Below, one piece after another: positions 19,790-29,996 of a stretch of DNA of 45,223 nt. A model generated the notes under the pieces. The model worked only from the letters and a program-made list of their open reading frames with translations, ran no database searches and was not told where the DNA came from. A program made the position numbers and the translations under genes. Each line of letters starts with the position of its first letter. Position 1 is the stretch's first letter. Source of the DNA: an uncultured Acidobacteriota bacterium (GTDB taxonomy: Bacteria > Acidobacteriota > Terriglobia > UBA7540); contig CAWDSK010000007.1 in NCBI GenBank assembly GCA_963804995.1, positions 1 to 45,223 on the forward strand. The letters run 5' to 3'.

Positions 19790-21229
19790 CTACGACCGCA
19801 TCACACCCATGTACACCTTACGCACGGCGGCGATGATGTCGCTTACGTCCTGATCGCTGTACTTCGGGTCCATATAGATCTCGACGTGGCGGTTCCAAAT
19901 CTCCAGCGTCTTCGGGCAGCATTGGGCGCCGTAAGCAATCGTCTTGCCGTGCGGCGTGGACCATGACGGCCAGCCTTCCTCCAGCCCCTGCTTGGCCTCG
20001 ATGTGCGGGATGATGGGCAGTAAGGCCGAGCCACCCGAGTGGCTCGCCCCCACGTTCTCCGCATGCATGGCCTTGATGAAGAGGTCGCATTGCTCCTTGC
20101 TCTCGGTCCAGATGAGGATGCGCGAGCCAGTTCCGCCTTCCGGGGTATTCTTCTTGCGCAGTTCCAGTCCGGGCAGGTCCGCGATCCCTGCCAGTACGCG
20201 GGATTGTTTGTCGCGCTGGTCGGCCAGGATGCGATCCAGCTTGCGCACTTGCGCCCGCATGACACCCGCGGTGAACTCATTCATGCGGAAATTCCCGCCG
20301 GCGATTTGTTTCAACTGCGGCGGTTGTCCGAGCCACTCGGCGTGTTCCTTGCGCATCATGCCGACGTCGTGGAAGCGCGTGGCGCGCTCGAAAATCAAGG
20401 GGTCGCTGGTGACCACGGCGCCGCCCTCGCCCGCCGTAATAGTTTTGCTTTCCTGGAAACTATAAATTCCCACGTCGCCAATGGATCCCACGCGGCGGCC
20501 TTTATAGACACCGCCTACACACTGTGCGGAATCCTCCAGGACTTTCAGATTATGCTTTTTCGCAATGCCCAGGATCGCATCGAGATCCGAGGGCTCGCCC
20601 TGAATATTGACCGTCATGATGACCTTGGTGTTGGGCGTGATGTGTCGCTCAATGTCAGAGGGGTCGAGGTCCATGGAGCGGTCAATCTCCGCAAAGACCG
20701 GCAGCGCGCCGTGGAAAAGGATGGCGTCGTAGCAGGCATACCACGTCCAAGCGGGCAGGATGACCTCATCTCCCGGTCCGATGCCGAGACCTGCCAACGC
20801 CGTAATCAGGGCGGTGGTTCCCAACGTCACGCCGAGACAGTACTTGGTCCCCTGGTGCTCGGCGAATTCCTTTTCGAAGCCGAGGGTTTTGGAGGGTACA
20901 CTCTTGCTATCGAAGCGGCTCCAGCGGAAGGGGCTGCGGCTATCCAGGACCTCCAAAACTTCGCGCCGCTCTTCCTCGTCATAATACTGGGGGCCGGGGT
21001 TCTTGGCATGGAGCATGGTGTCACGGACCGGCGTGCCCCCCTTCATTGCCAGCGGGCCCGTGGCCGCAGCCGTCGTAACCCCTGCTGGAGTTGCAGCCGC
21101 CGGCTGGCCCTTGGCAAGCAAGGTTGATGTGGCAAGGCCCGTCGTAGCTGCCAGGAAAGTTCGGCGATCGATTCCCGCCGTCTCCGGCCGGGCATCATTG
21201 CCATGCTCGGAATTTCTTGAATTAGACAT
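19790..21229 (-). CDS. DegT/DnrJ/EryC1/StrS PLP aminotransferase with Tat-like signal
   Basis: GPGDEVI, LEDSAQ, YSFQESKTITAGEGG (PLP lysine); N-terminal DRRTFL; ATG after GGAGGAG. Confidence 0.9.
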   Translation of the reverse strand: MSNSRNSEHGNDARPETAGIDRRTFLAATTGLATSTLLAKGQPAAATPAGVTTAAATGPLAMKGGTPVRDTMLHAKNPGPQYYDEEERREVLEVLDSRSPFRWSRFDSKSVPSKTLGFEKEFAEHQGTKYCLGVTLGTTALITALAGLGIGPGDEVILPAWTWYACYDAILFHGALPVFAEIDRSMDLDPSDIERHITPNTKVIMTVNIQGEPSDLDAILGIAKKHNLKVLEDSAQCVGGVYKGRRVGSIGDVGIYSFQESKTITAGEGGAVVTSDPLIFERATRFHDVGMMRKEHAEWLGQPPQLKQIAGGNFRMNEFTAGVMRAQVRKLDRILADQRDKQSRVLAGIADLPGLELRKKNTPEGGTGSRILIWTESKEQCDLFIKAMHAENVGASHSGGSALLPIIPHIEAKQGLEEGWPSWSTPHGKTIAYGAQCCPKTLEIWNRHVEIYMDPKYSDQDVSDIIAAVRKVYMGVMRS

Positions 21230-21555
21230 GATCTCCTCCCACGATTTCAATATTCAAAGACTTGAGATTTGGCTCACCTAACCACGGGGCAGCCTTCTCC
21301 AGGAAGAACGCGCCCCTGTGTGGTTGACCTGTCAGCCATAAGGTGGACCTTGTCGGGCTGAACTTCCCACCGAGTCATGGCCGCCCGCCAGGCCATGAAC
21401 GCTTTGATAGCCGCCATGGTACACCCGATTCCCGGTCCAGGCACGCAGATTTCGGAGGGGGGGGCGTAACGCAACACGTCCCTACTATTCGACTCTCATT
21501 CCCAGCGGCGAAATTTGTTCGCCTGGACTCCGTCGGCTTAGATTACAATTGGCGC

Positions 21556-22512
21556 ATGAAAACTCGATTATGGCTTCCTCTCTTGCTTCTACTACCTCTG
21601 GCGCTTCAGGCTGAAGACATAAAAGTTGGCATCATTGGTTTGGACACTTCCCACGTTACCGCCATCGCTCACTTGCTGAACGATCCCTCCAACCCGGAGC
21701 ATGTTCCGGGCGCGCGCATTGTGGCCGCCTTTCCGGGGGGCAGTCCCGATGTGGACGACAGCCGCAACCGGGTGGCCGGTTTCACGGAGAAGATGCGAAC
21801 CCAGTATGGCGTGGAAATCGTGCCCGACATTGCCACCTTGCTCACTAAGGTTAACGTCGTGATGCTCGAAAGTGTCGACGGCCGCAGGCACCTGGAGCAA
21901 GTCAGGCCGGTTTTCGCCGCGAAGAAACGCGTGTTCATCGACAAACCTCTTGCCTCCACTTACGCCGATGCCAAGGAAATTGCGCGTCTGGGCCGGGAGA
22001 GTGGCGTCCCCTGGTTTTCCTCTTCGGATCTCCGCTTCATGGATTTCATACCCTCTCTGAAAACCGAACCGGTCTTGGGCGCGATCATTTGGGGGCCTGC
22101 ACACTTTGAACCGCACCAGCCCTTGCAACTTTCCTGGTATGGGATTCATATCGTCGAATTGCTTTACACCTTGATGGGCACGGGGTGCGAGTCTGTGACG
22201 TGGACCTATACACCAAACGCCGACATGGTGGTGGGCCGCTGGAAAGATGGCAGAACGGGAGCCGTCCGCGGCGCCCGCAATCTTCCCAGTGCGCACGATT
22301 TCGGTGCGGTGACCTTTGCCGCCAAGCATGTTTATGAATCCGGTCCTTCGAACGGCGATGCCTATCACCAGCTCGCCGTCGAGGTGGTGAAATTCTTCCA
22401 GACCGGCGTGGCTCCGGTATCGACCGAGGAAACGCTGGAGATTTTCAGTTTCCTCAACGCTGCCCAGCGCAGCAAAGACGCGGGCGGCGCACCCATGCGA
22501 CTGGAGCCGTAG
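21556..22512 (+). CDS. Gfo/Idh/MocA family oxidoreductase with signal peptide
   Basis: IKVGIIGLDTSH, FIDKPLA, WYGIH; MKTRLWLPLLLLLPLALQA leader. Confidence 0.85.
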   Translation: MKTRLWLPLLLLLPLALQAEDIKVGIIGLDTSHVTAIAHLLNDPSNPEHVPGARIVAAFPGGSPDVDDSRNRVAGFTEKMRTQYGVEIVPDIATLLTKVNVVMLESVDGRRHLEQVRPVFAAKKRVFIDKPLASTYADAKEIARLGRESGVPWFSSSDLRFMDFIPSLKTEPVLGAIIWGPAHFEPHQPLQLSWYGIHIVELLYTLMGTGCESVTWTYTPNADMVVGRWKDGRTGAVRGARNLPSAHDFGAVTFAAKHVYESGPSNGDAYHQLAVEVVKFFQTGVAPVSTEETLEIFSFLNAAQRSKDAGGAPMRLEP

Positions 22513-22542
22513 CCAAATCCATCCGAGGTTTAATCGACACTT

Positions 22543-23655
22543 ATGATCATCACCGACGTTGAAGCACTGCACCTGCGCCTGCCTAATGTGGAGGAGATTG
22601 CCGACGGGACGCAGGACGTTCTGGTTATCCGCATCCACACCGACGCGGGTTTGGTGGGCATCGGCGAAGTCAGCAGTCAGTCCTACGTGTGCAAGGCCAT
22701 CTTTGAAGCGCCGCGTTCGGCGGAACGCCGCCACGGGCTTGCCTACATCTTGCGCGGGCAGGACCCCATGGATGTCGAGGGCCTCTGGAACCGCATGTAC
22801 TACAACACCAATCGCTACGGGAGGCGCGGCGCGGTCCTGCACGCCATGAGCGGGGCAGACATTGCTCTCTGGGACCTGCGCGGCAAGGCCCTCAATCAAC
22901 CCGTCAGCGAACTCATGGGAGGGACCAAACGCAAATCGATTCGCGCCTACTCCAGCAACCTCCTCGGTGCAACAATCCAGGAGACCGCTGATCTGGCCCG
23001 CCAGGCCGTCGACCTGGGGTTGACCGCCGCCAAGTTTGGTTGGGGAGCCTTTGGACGTGATCTCCCCAGCGACATCGCGCACGTCGAAGCCGCCCGCAAG
23101 GTGCTGGGTGACCAGCGCGATTTGATGATCGACGCGGGGCTTAAGTTTGATGTGGCGTCGGCCCTCAAGTGGGCGAACCAGCTTGCTCGCTTTGGAATAG
23201 CGTGGCTGGAAGAACCCCTCTCCCAGGATGACCTCAAGGGCTACTCGGAGCTCTGCCACCTCTCGCCGGTTCCCATTGCCGGCGGTGAATGTGAAGTCAC
23301 GCACTGGGGGTTTGAAGATTTGATCGAACGCGGGATGCACGTTCTCCAACCGGACGTGGCAATTTGTGGAGGCCTTACGGTGGCGCGGCAAGCCTCGACA
23401 TTGGCTGAGGCCGCCGGACGGCGCTGCGTGCCACATTGCTTCAGTACCGGGATCAACCTTGCAGCTTCTCTGCACTGGATGGCTTCCTGCACGAACGGCG
23501 ACCTGGTGGAATACTGCTTCCGCCCCTCGCCGCTGATGCGCAATTTGGTTCGTAATCTGCCGCCTGTCATCGATGGTCGCGTGCCGGTGCCCCAAGGCCC
23601 GGGTCTGGGCATCGAACTCAACGAAGCGGTCATCGCCCAGTTCCGGGTGTCGTAG
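22543..23655 (+). CDS. Mandelate racemase/muconate lactonizing enzyme family protein (acid-sugar dehydratase-like)
   Basis: TDAGLVGIGE, DIALWDLRGK, MIDA, WLEEP, AGGE, QPD, GPGLGIE. Confidence 0.9.
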   Translation: MIITDVEALHLRLPNVEEIADGTQDVLVIRIHTDAGLVGIGEVSSQSYVCKAIFEAPRSAERRHGLAYILRGQDPMDVEGLWNRMYYNTNRYGRRGAVLHAMSGADIALWDLRGKALNQPVSELMGGTKRKSIRAYSSNLLGATIQETADLARQAVDLGLTAAKFGWGAFGRDLPSDIAHVEAARKVLGDQRDLMIDAGLKFDVASALKWANQLARFGIAWLEEPLSQDDLKGYSELCHLSPVPIAGGECEVTHWGFEDLIERGMHVLQPDVAICGGLTVARQASTLAEAAGRRCVPHCFSTGINLAASLHWMASCTNGDLVEYCFRPSPLMRNLVRNLPPVIDGRVPVPQGPGLGIELNEAVIAQFRVS

Positions 23656-23665
23656 CGGTTTGATT

Positions 23666-23715
23666 TGTAGCGGCGGTCTCAGACCGCCGTCCGTCGATCA
23701 GGGATCGACGCTACA
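23666..23715. repeat. GTAG-type REP doublet between convergent genes
   Basis: tgtagcggcggtctcagaccgccg ... cgtcgatcagggatcgacgctaca. Confidence 0.7.
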
Positions 23716-23748
23716 ATCGCACTCCGTACTGCCGATCCCCGCAAACCG

Positions 23749-25308
23749 TCAAGGCGTCGGCGTTCCCAAATAGGTTTCATGCGGGATGGACGGATGATGC
23801 GGCAAAGCTTCCGGATACTCTGACACATTCCACAACCAACTCGCGATCACGGCCGCTGCCTGATTGATCTCCTCGGGCACCGCTTTGTCAAAGGTGTCGG
23901 ATTGGCTGTGGTGCACTTCTCGGTATAGCGCGGGCGCCTGCACGCAGATGTAGCCAGGCACGCCAGCACGGATGAACGAGATGTGATCAGATCCGTCGTA
24001 AAAGCGCGCTTCGAGAGGGAAGAGGTCGAACACATCTTGGAGCGGATGGTAGATGGTGGACATTTGGCGCGCCGTCTCCCACAGATTCTCAAGCGCAATG
24101 CTGGTGACGCGTCCGGTGCCCGTGTCGAGTACCAACGCGGCGTCTATCTTGGGGACTTCCGCCTGGTGATTCGATAAGTAGAGTTTCGAGCCGATTCCTC
24201 CCAGCTCCTCGCCCACAAAGAGAATAAACGTGAGGGTGCGCTTGGGTTTCCAGCCCAGGGCCTTCATGGCACGTGCTGCTTCCAGCGTGGCCATGGCGCC
24301 GGTGCCGTTATCGAGCGCTCCCTGGCCAAGGTCCCAGGAATCCAGGTGGCCACCGATGATGACACGCTCCTCAGGGAGTTCGCTTCCCTTGATTTCCGCC
24401 ACCGTGATGGACGCAGGCGCCGGGCCAGGGCTGAAGGTGCCCTTGAGGTTGATCCGCATGCTTACGGGCCCCGCTTGCGAAAGCCGGTAAAGCCAGCCGT
24501 AGTCTTCGTGGGTGATGAAGGCCGCGGGCAGAGGACCAGGGTCGCAACACGGGGCGACGCGGCTCATATTGAAAAGGCCATCCGGCTTATTGCTGTCCGA
24601 TAGAAGCGCGAGGGCCCCGGCATCCGCCACCAACTTGTAGACGTTCAGGCGATCCGCAAAGGAGAGTCCCGGCGGAGCGTTCGGGTCACGGTGGTGCCCC
24701 GGCGCGCTCTCCGGCTCGCTGGCATCGAAGGCGTTCGCCGCCGGTTGCCCGGCCGGTGGCACAGGGCGGGGATTTCCCATAGCCACGATGGCGCCTTTGA
24801 GTTTGTCGCGCTGCTTCTCAACTGCCTCCTGTGAGACATCGGCCAGGAAGACGACCGGTCCCGTCGCGTCACCGTCCGTCGCCTTGCCCCATCCGTAGGA
24901 GTGAATTTCCAGCGTGCGGCGGAGAGGGGTCACGATTTCCGCCGAATCCAGGCCGCGATACCAGGCGTGTGAGACCTGGGTTGTTTCCAGGTGCGCGTCA
25001 AATCCGTAGTCCTTAAAGCGCTGAAGCGTCCAAGCGCTGGCCTTTTGCATTTCGGGCGATCCCGTCAGGCGCGGGCCAATCTGGGTTGTCAGGTATTCCA
25101 GGTTCTTCATCAACTCGGAGTGCGCTTTCACCTCCGCCGCGATTTGCCGGTCGGCGGTTTCCATCCTGGCCCAGTACTTTTTCTCTTGCTCTGTCGGGCC
25201 AGCGGCAGGATTTTGCGCGCGCCGCACCGATGCGGACATCAGGATAGAAACGCCCAGGATCAGGGCGAGACGAGGCATGCCGGGCAGGAATCGAGTGACT
25301 TGCTTCAT
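23749..25308 (-). CDS. M28 family metallopeptidase (carboxypeptidase Q-like, PA domain)
   Basis: IGPRLTGS, GHLDSWD, GALDNGTG, GEE, SDH, HHSQSDT; signal peptide. Start approximate. Confidence 0.9.
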   Translation of the reverse strand: MKQVTRFLPGMPRLALILGVSILMSASVRRAQNPAAGPTEQEKKYWARMETADRQIAAEVKAHSELMKNLEYLTTQIGPRLTGSPEMQKASAWTLQRFKDYGFDAHLETTQVSHAWYRGLDSAEIVTPLRRTLEIHSYGWGKATDGDATGPVVFLADVSQEAVEKQRDKLKGAIVAMGNPRPVPPAGQPAANAFDASEPESAPGHHRDPNAPPGLSFADRLNVYKLVADAGALALLSDSNKPDGLFNMSRVAPCCDPGPLPAAFITHEDYGWLYRLSQAGPVSMRINLKGTFSPGPAPASITVAEIKGSELPEERVIIGGHLDSWDLGQGALDNGTGAMATLEAARAMKALGWKPKRTLTFILFVGEELGGIGSKLYLSNHQAEVPKIDAALVLDTGTGRVTSIALENLWETARQMSTIYHPLQDVFDLFPLEARFYDGSDHISFIRAGVPGYICVQAPALYREVHHSQSDTFDKAVPEEINQAAAVIASWLWNVSEYPEALPHHPSIPHETYLGTPTP

Positions 25309-25652
25309 GGGATACCTTTCGACGGGTTTGGAGGAACCTGCTTGGGCAGGTCCGTTTTCCCCATTCTCAGATTTGAGTTTCATCGCGAGTAGGAGCTGAC
25401 GAATTGAGTCTGAATTATGAATTGTCAAGCCGCAGTCGCGAGGATATTTCATAATTCACGAATCCGCAAGATAGAAGGAAGCGGAAACAAGGTCTGAATA
25501 TTGCCACGCCACGACTGAACCTGACGACAACGCGCCTGCTTGCTGAGTCCCACGACGAGGTCGAGATGTGGATGACCTTGGGTTTACTTCATCAATATCC
25601 ACCACGCAGAACACGCAGCATCTTTCTTCATTCCTTTTTCCATTACCTTCAC

Positions 25653-25998
25653 TAACTACCTTTCTTTTCATAAATATCGTTAGAAAATACACGTAACTTA
25701 TTTGTTTTCATCATCCTCTGCTTCCTGCAGGTTCATCCCGGCGCACAACTCCCTTTATTTTCATACACTTCGTTAGAAAAAACGAATAACTTACTTGTTT
25801 TCATCAACATCGTTAGACTTGCCAATTTGTCGCTTTTATTTTCCTTTATTTTCATACACATCGTTAGACTATCCGAATTGAAAAAATGTTGCCCTCTTCT
25901 TCTTTCCTCAGTAAAGACAACTCATTTTATTTCAACTAGATAGATTTTTGCCAAAAAACTCCTCGCCACCCCTAACCTCCTGTGTTTTCATGAACATC
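25653..25998. repeat. AT-rich degenerate direct-repeat array (about AACT-n-TTTRTTTTCATnnACATCGTTAGA)
   Basis: TTTTCAT cores at 25665, 25705, 25758, 25798, 25849 and 25985; four are followed by TCGTTAGA. Confidence 0.8.
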
Positions 25999-26574
25999 TT
26001 CACAAACAGCGGGCGCTGCGGGCCGAAAAACGGAAGAAATTGTGCCGAGTCTTGGCACGGCGCTGCTCTCCCCCCAGAGCGTCTCCGTGACCTCGGTGTG
26101 AAAGCTCTTCGGGACAGAGAGGGGAAATGTTTGCCAAGAAAATCAGCCTTCATGGTAGGACATGGCAGATCCCCGATCTTGGGGCCGGTGGATGTTCGAC
26201 TGCTGCTGGGACGCATCGGGGCGCTACGCCTCCTCACCTCTATTGTGCTCTTAATCGACTGGGTTATGTCAATAAGATAAACGCACCTTCGGGCTACCGG
26301 TAGCCCGAAAATGCAAAGCGGGCAACGAATTGTCCGAAAAAGGTGGCACAGGCGACTTGCCCCGATGAATCGGGGCGTGCGACCCTGGCCACAACGGCAT
26401 GGGCGGCGATGCCAGAGGAACGCCTGGAGCAGGGAATTGATTGCTGAGAATCGGAGGAGGTGTGAATGTATACTGGGCCGGGTACTACATATATTGTGGC
26501 GGCGCTCTATTATTGCCGACCGCCGCTCATAGACTACCATTACAGGACAATGCGCAGAAACTTATGTCGCTCTG

Positions 26575-26580
26575 TATAAT
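26575..26580 (+). promoter_or_regulatory. Candidate sigma70 -10 box for the permease
   Basis: Perfect TATAAT 28 nt upstream of the ATG at 26609 in a GC-rich genome; no clear -35. Confidence 0.4.
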
Positions 26581-26608
26581 AGGCCCCGGATTTCTCGGGG
26601 TCTGACCT

Positions 26609-27895
26609 ATGGCCCAAACCCGTCATCTTGAGTTGGTACGCGGCATCGGCCGTTGGAGCCTTGCCGCCCTTGTCGTGAACACCGTCATCGGTAGCGGGAT
26701 CTTCGGCTTGCCTTCGGTCATAGCAGGCTTGCTGGGCGGATACAGTCCGATCGCTTATCTCATGGGGGCGGCGGGCATTGGGGTCATCGCAGCCTGCTTT
26801 GCGGAGGTGGCCTCGCGGTTTCGAGAAGCGGGCGGTCCCTACCTTTATGCACGGGAAGCCTTTGGACCCCTGCTGGGCATACAAGCCGCGTGGTTCTTCT
26901 ATTTGACCCGCGTGACCGGCCTGGCGGCAAACTCAAATCTCTTCGTCATCTATGTAGCACTGTTCTGGCCTCAGGCGACGCAGCCCGTGACGCGAATCGC
27001 AATCATTGTCCTGCTGATTGGCGGCTTGGCGGCGATCAATTACCGTGGCGTAACCGCGGGGGCGAAAGTCAGCACCATTTTCGCCGTCGCGAAGCTCTTG
27101 CCGCTGACGGTGTTCGTGGGCGTGGGATTGTTTTTCATCCGCAGCATTAATTTTACGGCCGTGCCAGCGGGCGGAATCAAAGCGGGCAATTGGTTCGAAG
27201 CGTTGTTGATGCTGGTCTTCGCGTTCAAGGGATTCGAGGCGGCATTGGTCCCTGTAGGTGAGGCCAAAGATCCGCAGCGTGACGCGCCCTGGGCGGTCTT
27301 CACTGGCCTCGGCGTCGCAGCGGTTCTGTACACGTTGATTCAAGTTGTGGTGACCGGAGTCCTTGTAAATGCCGCCAAAACCGATCGCCCCTTGGCCGAT
27401 GCCGCACGCGTGTTCATGGGCCCTGCAGGAGCGGTGTTTCTGGCGGTGGGCGCGCTGCTTTCGATTTACGGCCTGGTGAGCTCCATGATGTTGAACACTC
27501 CGCGGCTTACTTTCGCGCTGGCAGAGCGCGGAGACTTTCCGCGCTTTATGGCGGCGGTGCATCCACGCTTTCGCACGCCGCACGTTTCGATTATCGTCTT
27601 TGCCAGTCTGGTGATTTTGCTTGCCGCGGCAGGCACCTTCCGTTGGAACGTCACGCTCTCCGCCATTGCCAGCCTGTTCATTTACGGCTCGACTTGCGCA
27701 TCGGTGCCGGCGTTGCGCAGGAAGGCCACTGCACCTGCCACATTTTTGTTACCGGCGGGGTCAGTGTTTGCCTTTCTGGGGATTGCTTTTTGTGTTCCGC
27801 TGGCCTTGCGTATGGACCGCGCCGCTTTCTGGATTGTTTCCGCAACGGTGGGGGTGGGGCTGGTGAATTATTTGTGGACCAGGCGTTTTTCGTAG
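26609..27895 (+). CDS. APC family amino acid permease
   Basis: VIGSGIF, GGPYLYAREAFG, GFE...GEAKDPQR, VHPRFRTP; about 12 TM segments. Confidence 0.93.
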   Translation: MAQTRHLELVRGIGRWSLAALVVNTVIGSGIFGLPSVIAGLLGGYSPIAYLMGAAGIGVIAACFAEVASRFREAGGPYLYAREAFGPLLGIQAAWFFYLTRVTGLAANSNLFVIYVALFWPQATQPVTRIAIIVLLIGGLAAINYRGVTAGAKVSTIFAVAKLLPLTVFVGVGLFFIRSINFTAVPAGGIKAGNWFEALLMLVFAFKGFEAALVPVGEAKDPQRDAPWAVFTGLGVAAVLYTLIQVVVTGVLVNAAKTDRPLADAARVFMGPAGAVFLAVGALLSIYGLVSSMMLNTPRLTFALAERGDFPRFMAAVHPRFRTPHVSIIVFASLVILLAAAGTFRWNVTLSAIASLFIYGSTCASVPALRRKATAPATFLLPAGSVFAFLGIAFCVPLALRMDRAAFWIVSATVGVGLVNYLWTRRFS

Positions 27896-28199
27896 GGTTA
27901 AATTCGCCTGGGGCGCCACGTTTAAGTGGGACCTCGCCCGCTATAGCCCGCGGAGGCGAACATCTGGGACGGAAGTTGGGCGCGACTATCGCAGCAGATT
28001 GACCTTGAAACCCCACCCTTAGCTACTGACAATTTGACCGCACTCTGGCCAAACCGTAACGACTTGGCGGTCTTTATGTCTACTCGATTGTCTGGCTGGA
28101 TTGGGCAAGCGTCAGTCCCGCGAGCTTCTTCGGGGCTGAGGGTGGGCTCGGCCCCGGAGAAGCGTTGGCGTGTTCCACAAGGCGGACCAGATCAATCAA

Positions 28200-29558
28200 C
28201 TAACTCATCAGCGCCGCGTGGACCTTGGTTACGGCGCTGACGATATCCTTCACATCGTCATCCGAATATTTCGGGCCAATGGAAAGCGTTGCGGCGCGGT
28301 TCCACAGGTCAACCGTACGCCGGCAGCAGTGCTCGCCGTAGCCCATAGCTTTCCCGTTGGGGCGGCTGAAGGTGGGCCACTCCGCGTGGGGCTGTTGTTT
28401 GCTCTCGATGTAAGGTGACAAGGGCAGAAGCACGGCCGCGCCGACGGTTGCCATGGGCACATTCTCCGCGGTCATGGCTTTGATGAATTTGTCGCGCAGG
28501 TCTTTGTTGGGAAGCAGGATATCGAGGGTCAGGCCAATCTCGCCTTCAACGTCGTTTGAGGCGCGCAGCTTCATTCCCTGCAAGCTGCTGAGTTGCTGGT
28601 GCACGGTGCGATACATCTCCCGGTGCCGGGCCAGCATGCCTTCGATCTTGGCCAGTTGCGCGCCCATAACGGCCCCCGACTCTTCATTCATCCGGTAGTT
28701 AATTCCCACCAGGGCGGGGATGCCGTGCTCATGCAGGCCCAAGGGTTCCTGGAGGTTCGGTCTTACGGAGCCCAGATCGTGGAAGCGGATGGCGCGTTCG
28801 TAGAGGTGGGGATCGCTGGTAACGACGGCGCCACCCTCGCCGGAAGAAATCATCTTGTTGATCTGGAAACTGTAAATGGCGATATCGCCCATCGAACCCG
28901 TGCGCCTGCCTTTATAGAGGCAACCACAGCTTTGCGCGGAATCTTCCAGCACCTTCAGATTATGCTCGCGCGCGATGGGAAGGATCTTGTCCATATCCAC
29001 GGGAGACCCGAAGAGGTGCACGGGCATGACCACCTTGGTATGGGGAGTAATCTTTTTCTTCACGTCCTCGGGGTCCATCAGGAAAGATTCGTCGGACTCG
29101 GCGAAGACGGGCAGCGCGCCGGTCATGACGATGGCGTTGTAACAGGAGTACCACGTCCAGGCGGGGAGAATAACCTCATCGCCGGGGCCCACGCCCAGAG
29201 CGCTTAAGGCGACGTGCAGGGCGGCCGTTCCGGAGGTGACCGCCAAGGCGTATTTCGTCCCAATGAACTTGGCAAAATTCAGCTCGAAGTCTCTGGTCTT
29301 CGTGGGGTTTTCGAAGCCGTAAAAACGGAATAAGCTGCGGGATTTGACCGCTTCCACGACTTGCATCTCTTCCTTTTCATCGATGAAATTGGCGCCCTCA
29401 AAATGCGTGGTAAGGGGGGTGGCACGCACGGGTTTGCCGCCCTCTACGGCCAGGTCCTGATGGTTGATGGCAGCTCCCAGCAGCGGGGCGGAGGCGGCCG
29501 CAGATACCGCCGCCAGAAACGTACGACGGCTCATTTCGGATACATCATCTTTTTTCAT
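28200..29558 (-). CDS. Second DegT/DnrJ/EryC1/StrS PLP aminotransferase with Tat-like signal
   Basis: VTSGTAAL, GPGDEVI, LEDSAQ, YSFQINKMISSGEGG; N-terminal SRRTFL; ATG after GAGGAG. Confidence 0.9.
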   Translation of the reverse strand: MKKDDVSEMSRRTFLAAVSAAASAPLLGAAINHQDLAVEGGKPVRATPLTTHFEGANFIDEKEEMQVVEAVKSRSLFRFYGFENPTKTRDFELNFAKFIGTKYALAVTSGTAALHVALSALGVGPGDEVILPAWTWYSCYNAIVMTGALPVFAESDESFLMDPEDVKKKITPHTKVVMPVHLFGSPVDMDKILPIAREHNLKVLEDSAQSCGCLYKGRRTGSMGDIAIYSFQINKMISSGEGGAVVTSDPHLYERAIRFHDLGSVRPNLQEPLGLHEHGIPALVGINYRMNEESGAVMGAQLAKIEGMLARHREMYRTVHQQLSSLQGMKLRASNDVEGEIGLTLDILLPNKDLRDKFIKAMTAENVPMATVGAAVLLPLSPYIESKQQPHAEWPTFSRPNGKAMGYGEHCCRRTVDLWNRAATLSIGPKYSDDDVKDIVSAVTKVHAALMS

Positions 29559-29996
29559 AAGGCTCCTCACTGAACTGAATTGTTGACAATCAATCATCCG
29601 CCCGAGGGCAGCTCGGCACCAAAGCAGTGTTGGCCCGCCAGGAGATCTTGTGTGGCCCTTGGAAAACGCGTTTACGGTAGCGTCCCAACCCGCCGGGAAA
29701 CCTGCCACCCTTAAGCCCGACTTCGGAGTTTATACCTTTCTCGTGGGGTGCGCAGCTATTTCCTGAGGTCCCTAGGAGCGCAGATTAGAAGACGGATTAG
29801 CGCTCATCCTGGTGGCGGATTTGGTTGACTCTCTCACTTGCAGTGGTACAAAATCACGGGCAGCTTAAGTCTGCTGTTCCTGCGTGTGAGTTCATGAGTG
29901 CGTTCTGAACTTCTTCGAGTGTTTTGAGGACTGGGGATCGGCAACCGATGAACACTTGGCGCCGGCGGGGTCCCCCCGGCCAAGAAGGAGGGCCAC

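Noticed and set aside
21592..23595. 667-aa minus-strand ORF
   Set aside because: Entirely antisense to two well-supported genes, with no motifs. The same applies to 35853..37298, 39429..40769, 41322..42542 and 43834..45159.
25653..25998. CRISPR array (also considered for 7331..7436)
   Set aside because: The repeats are too degenerate, the spacers too short or irregular, and no cas genes are present.
25932..26540. ORFs in the peptidase-permease intergenic region
   Set aside because: Overlapping ORFs on both strands with atypical composition and no motifs.
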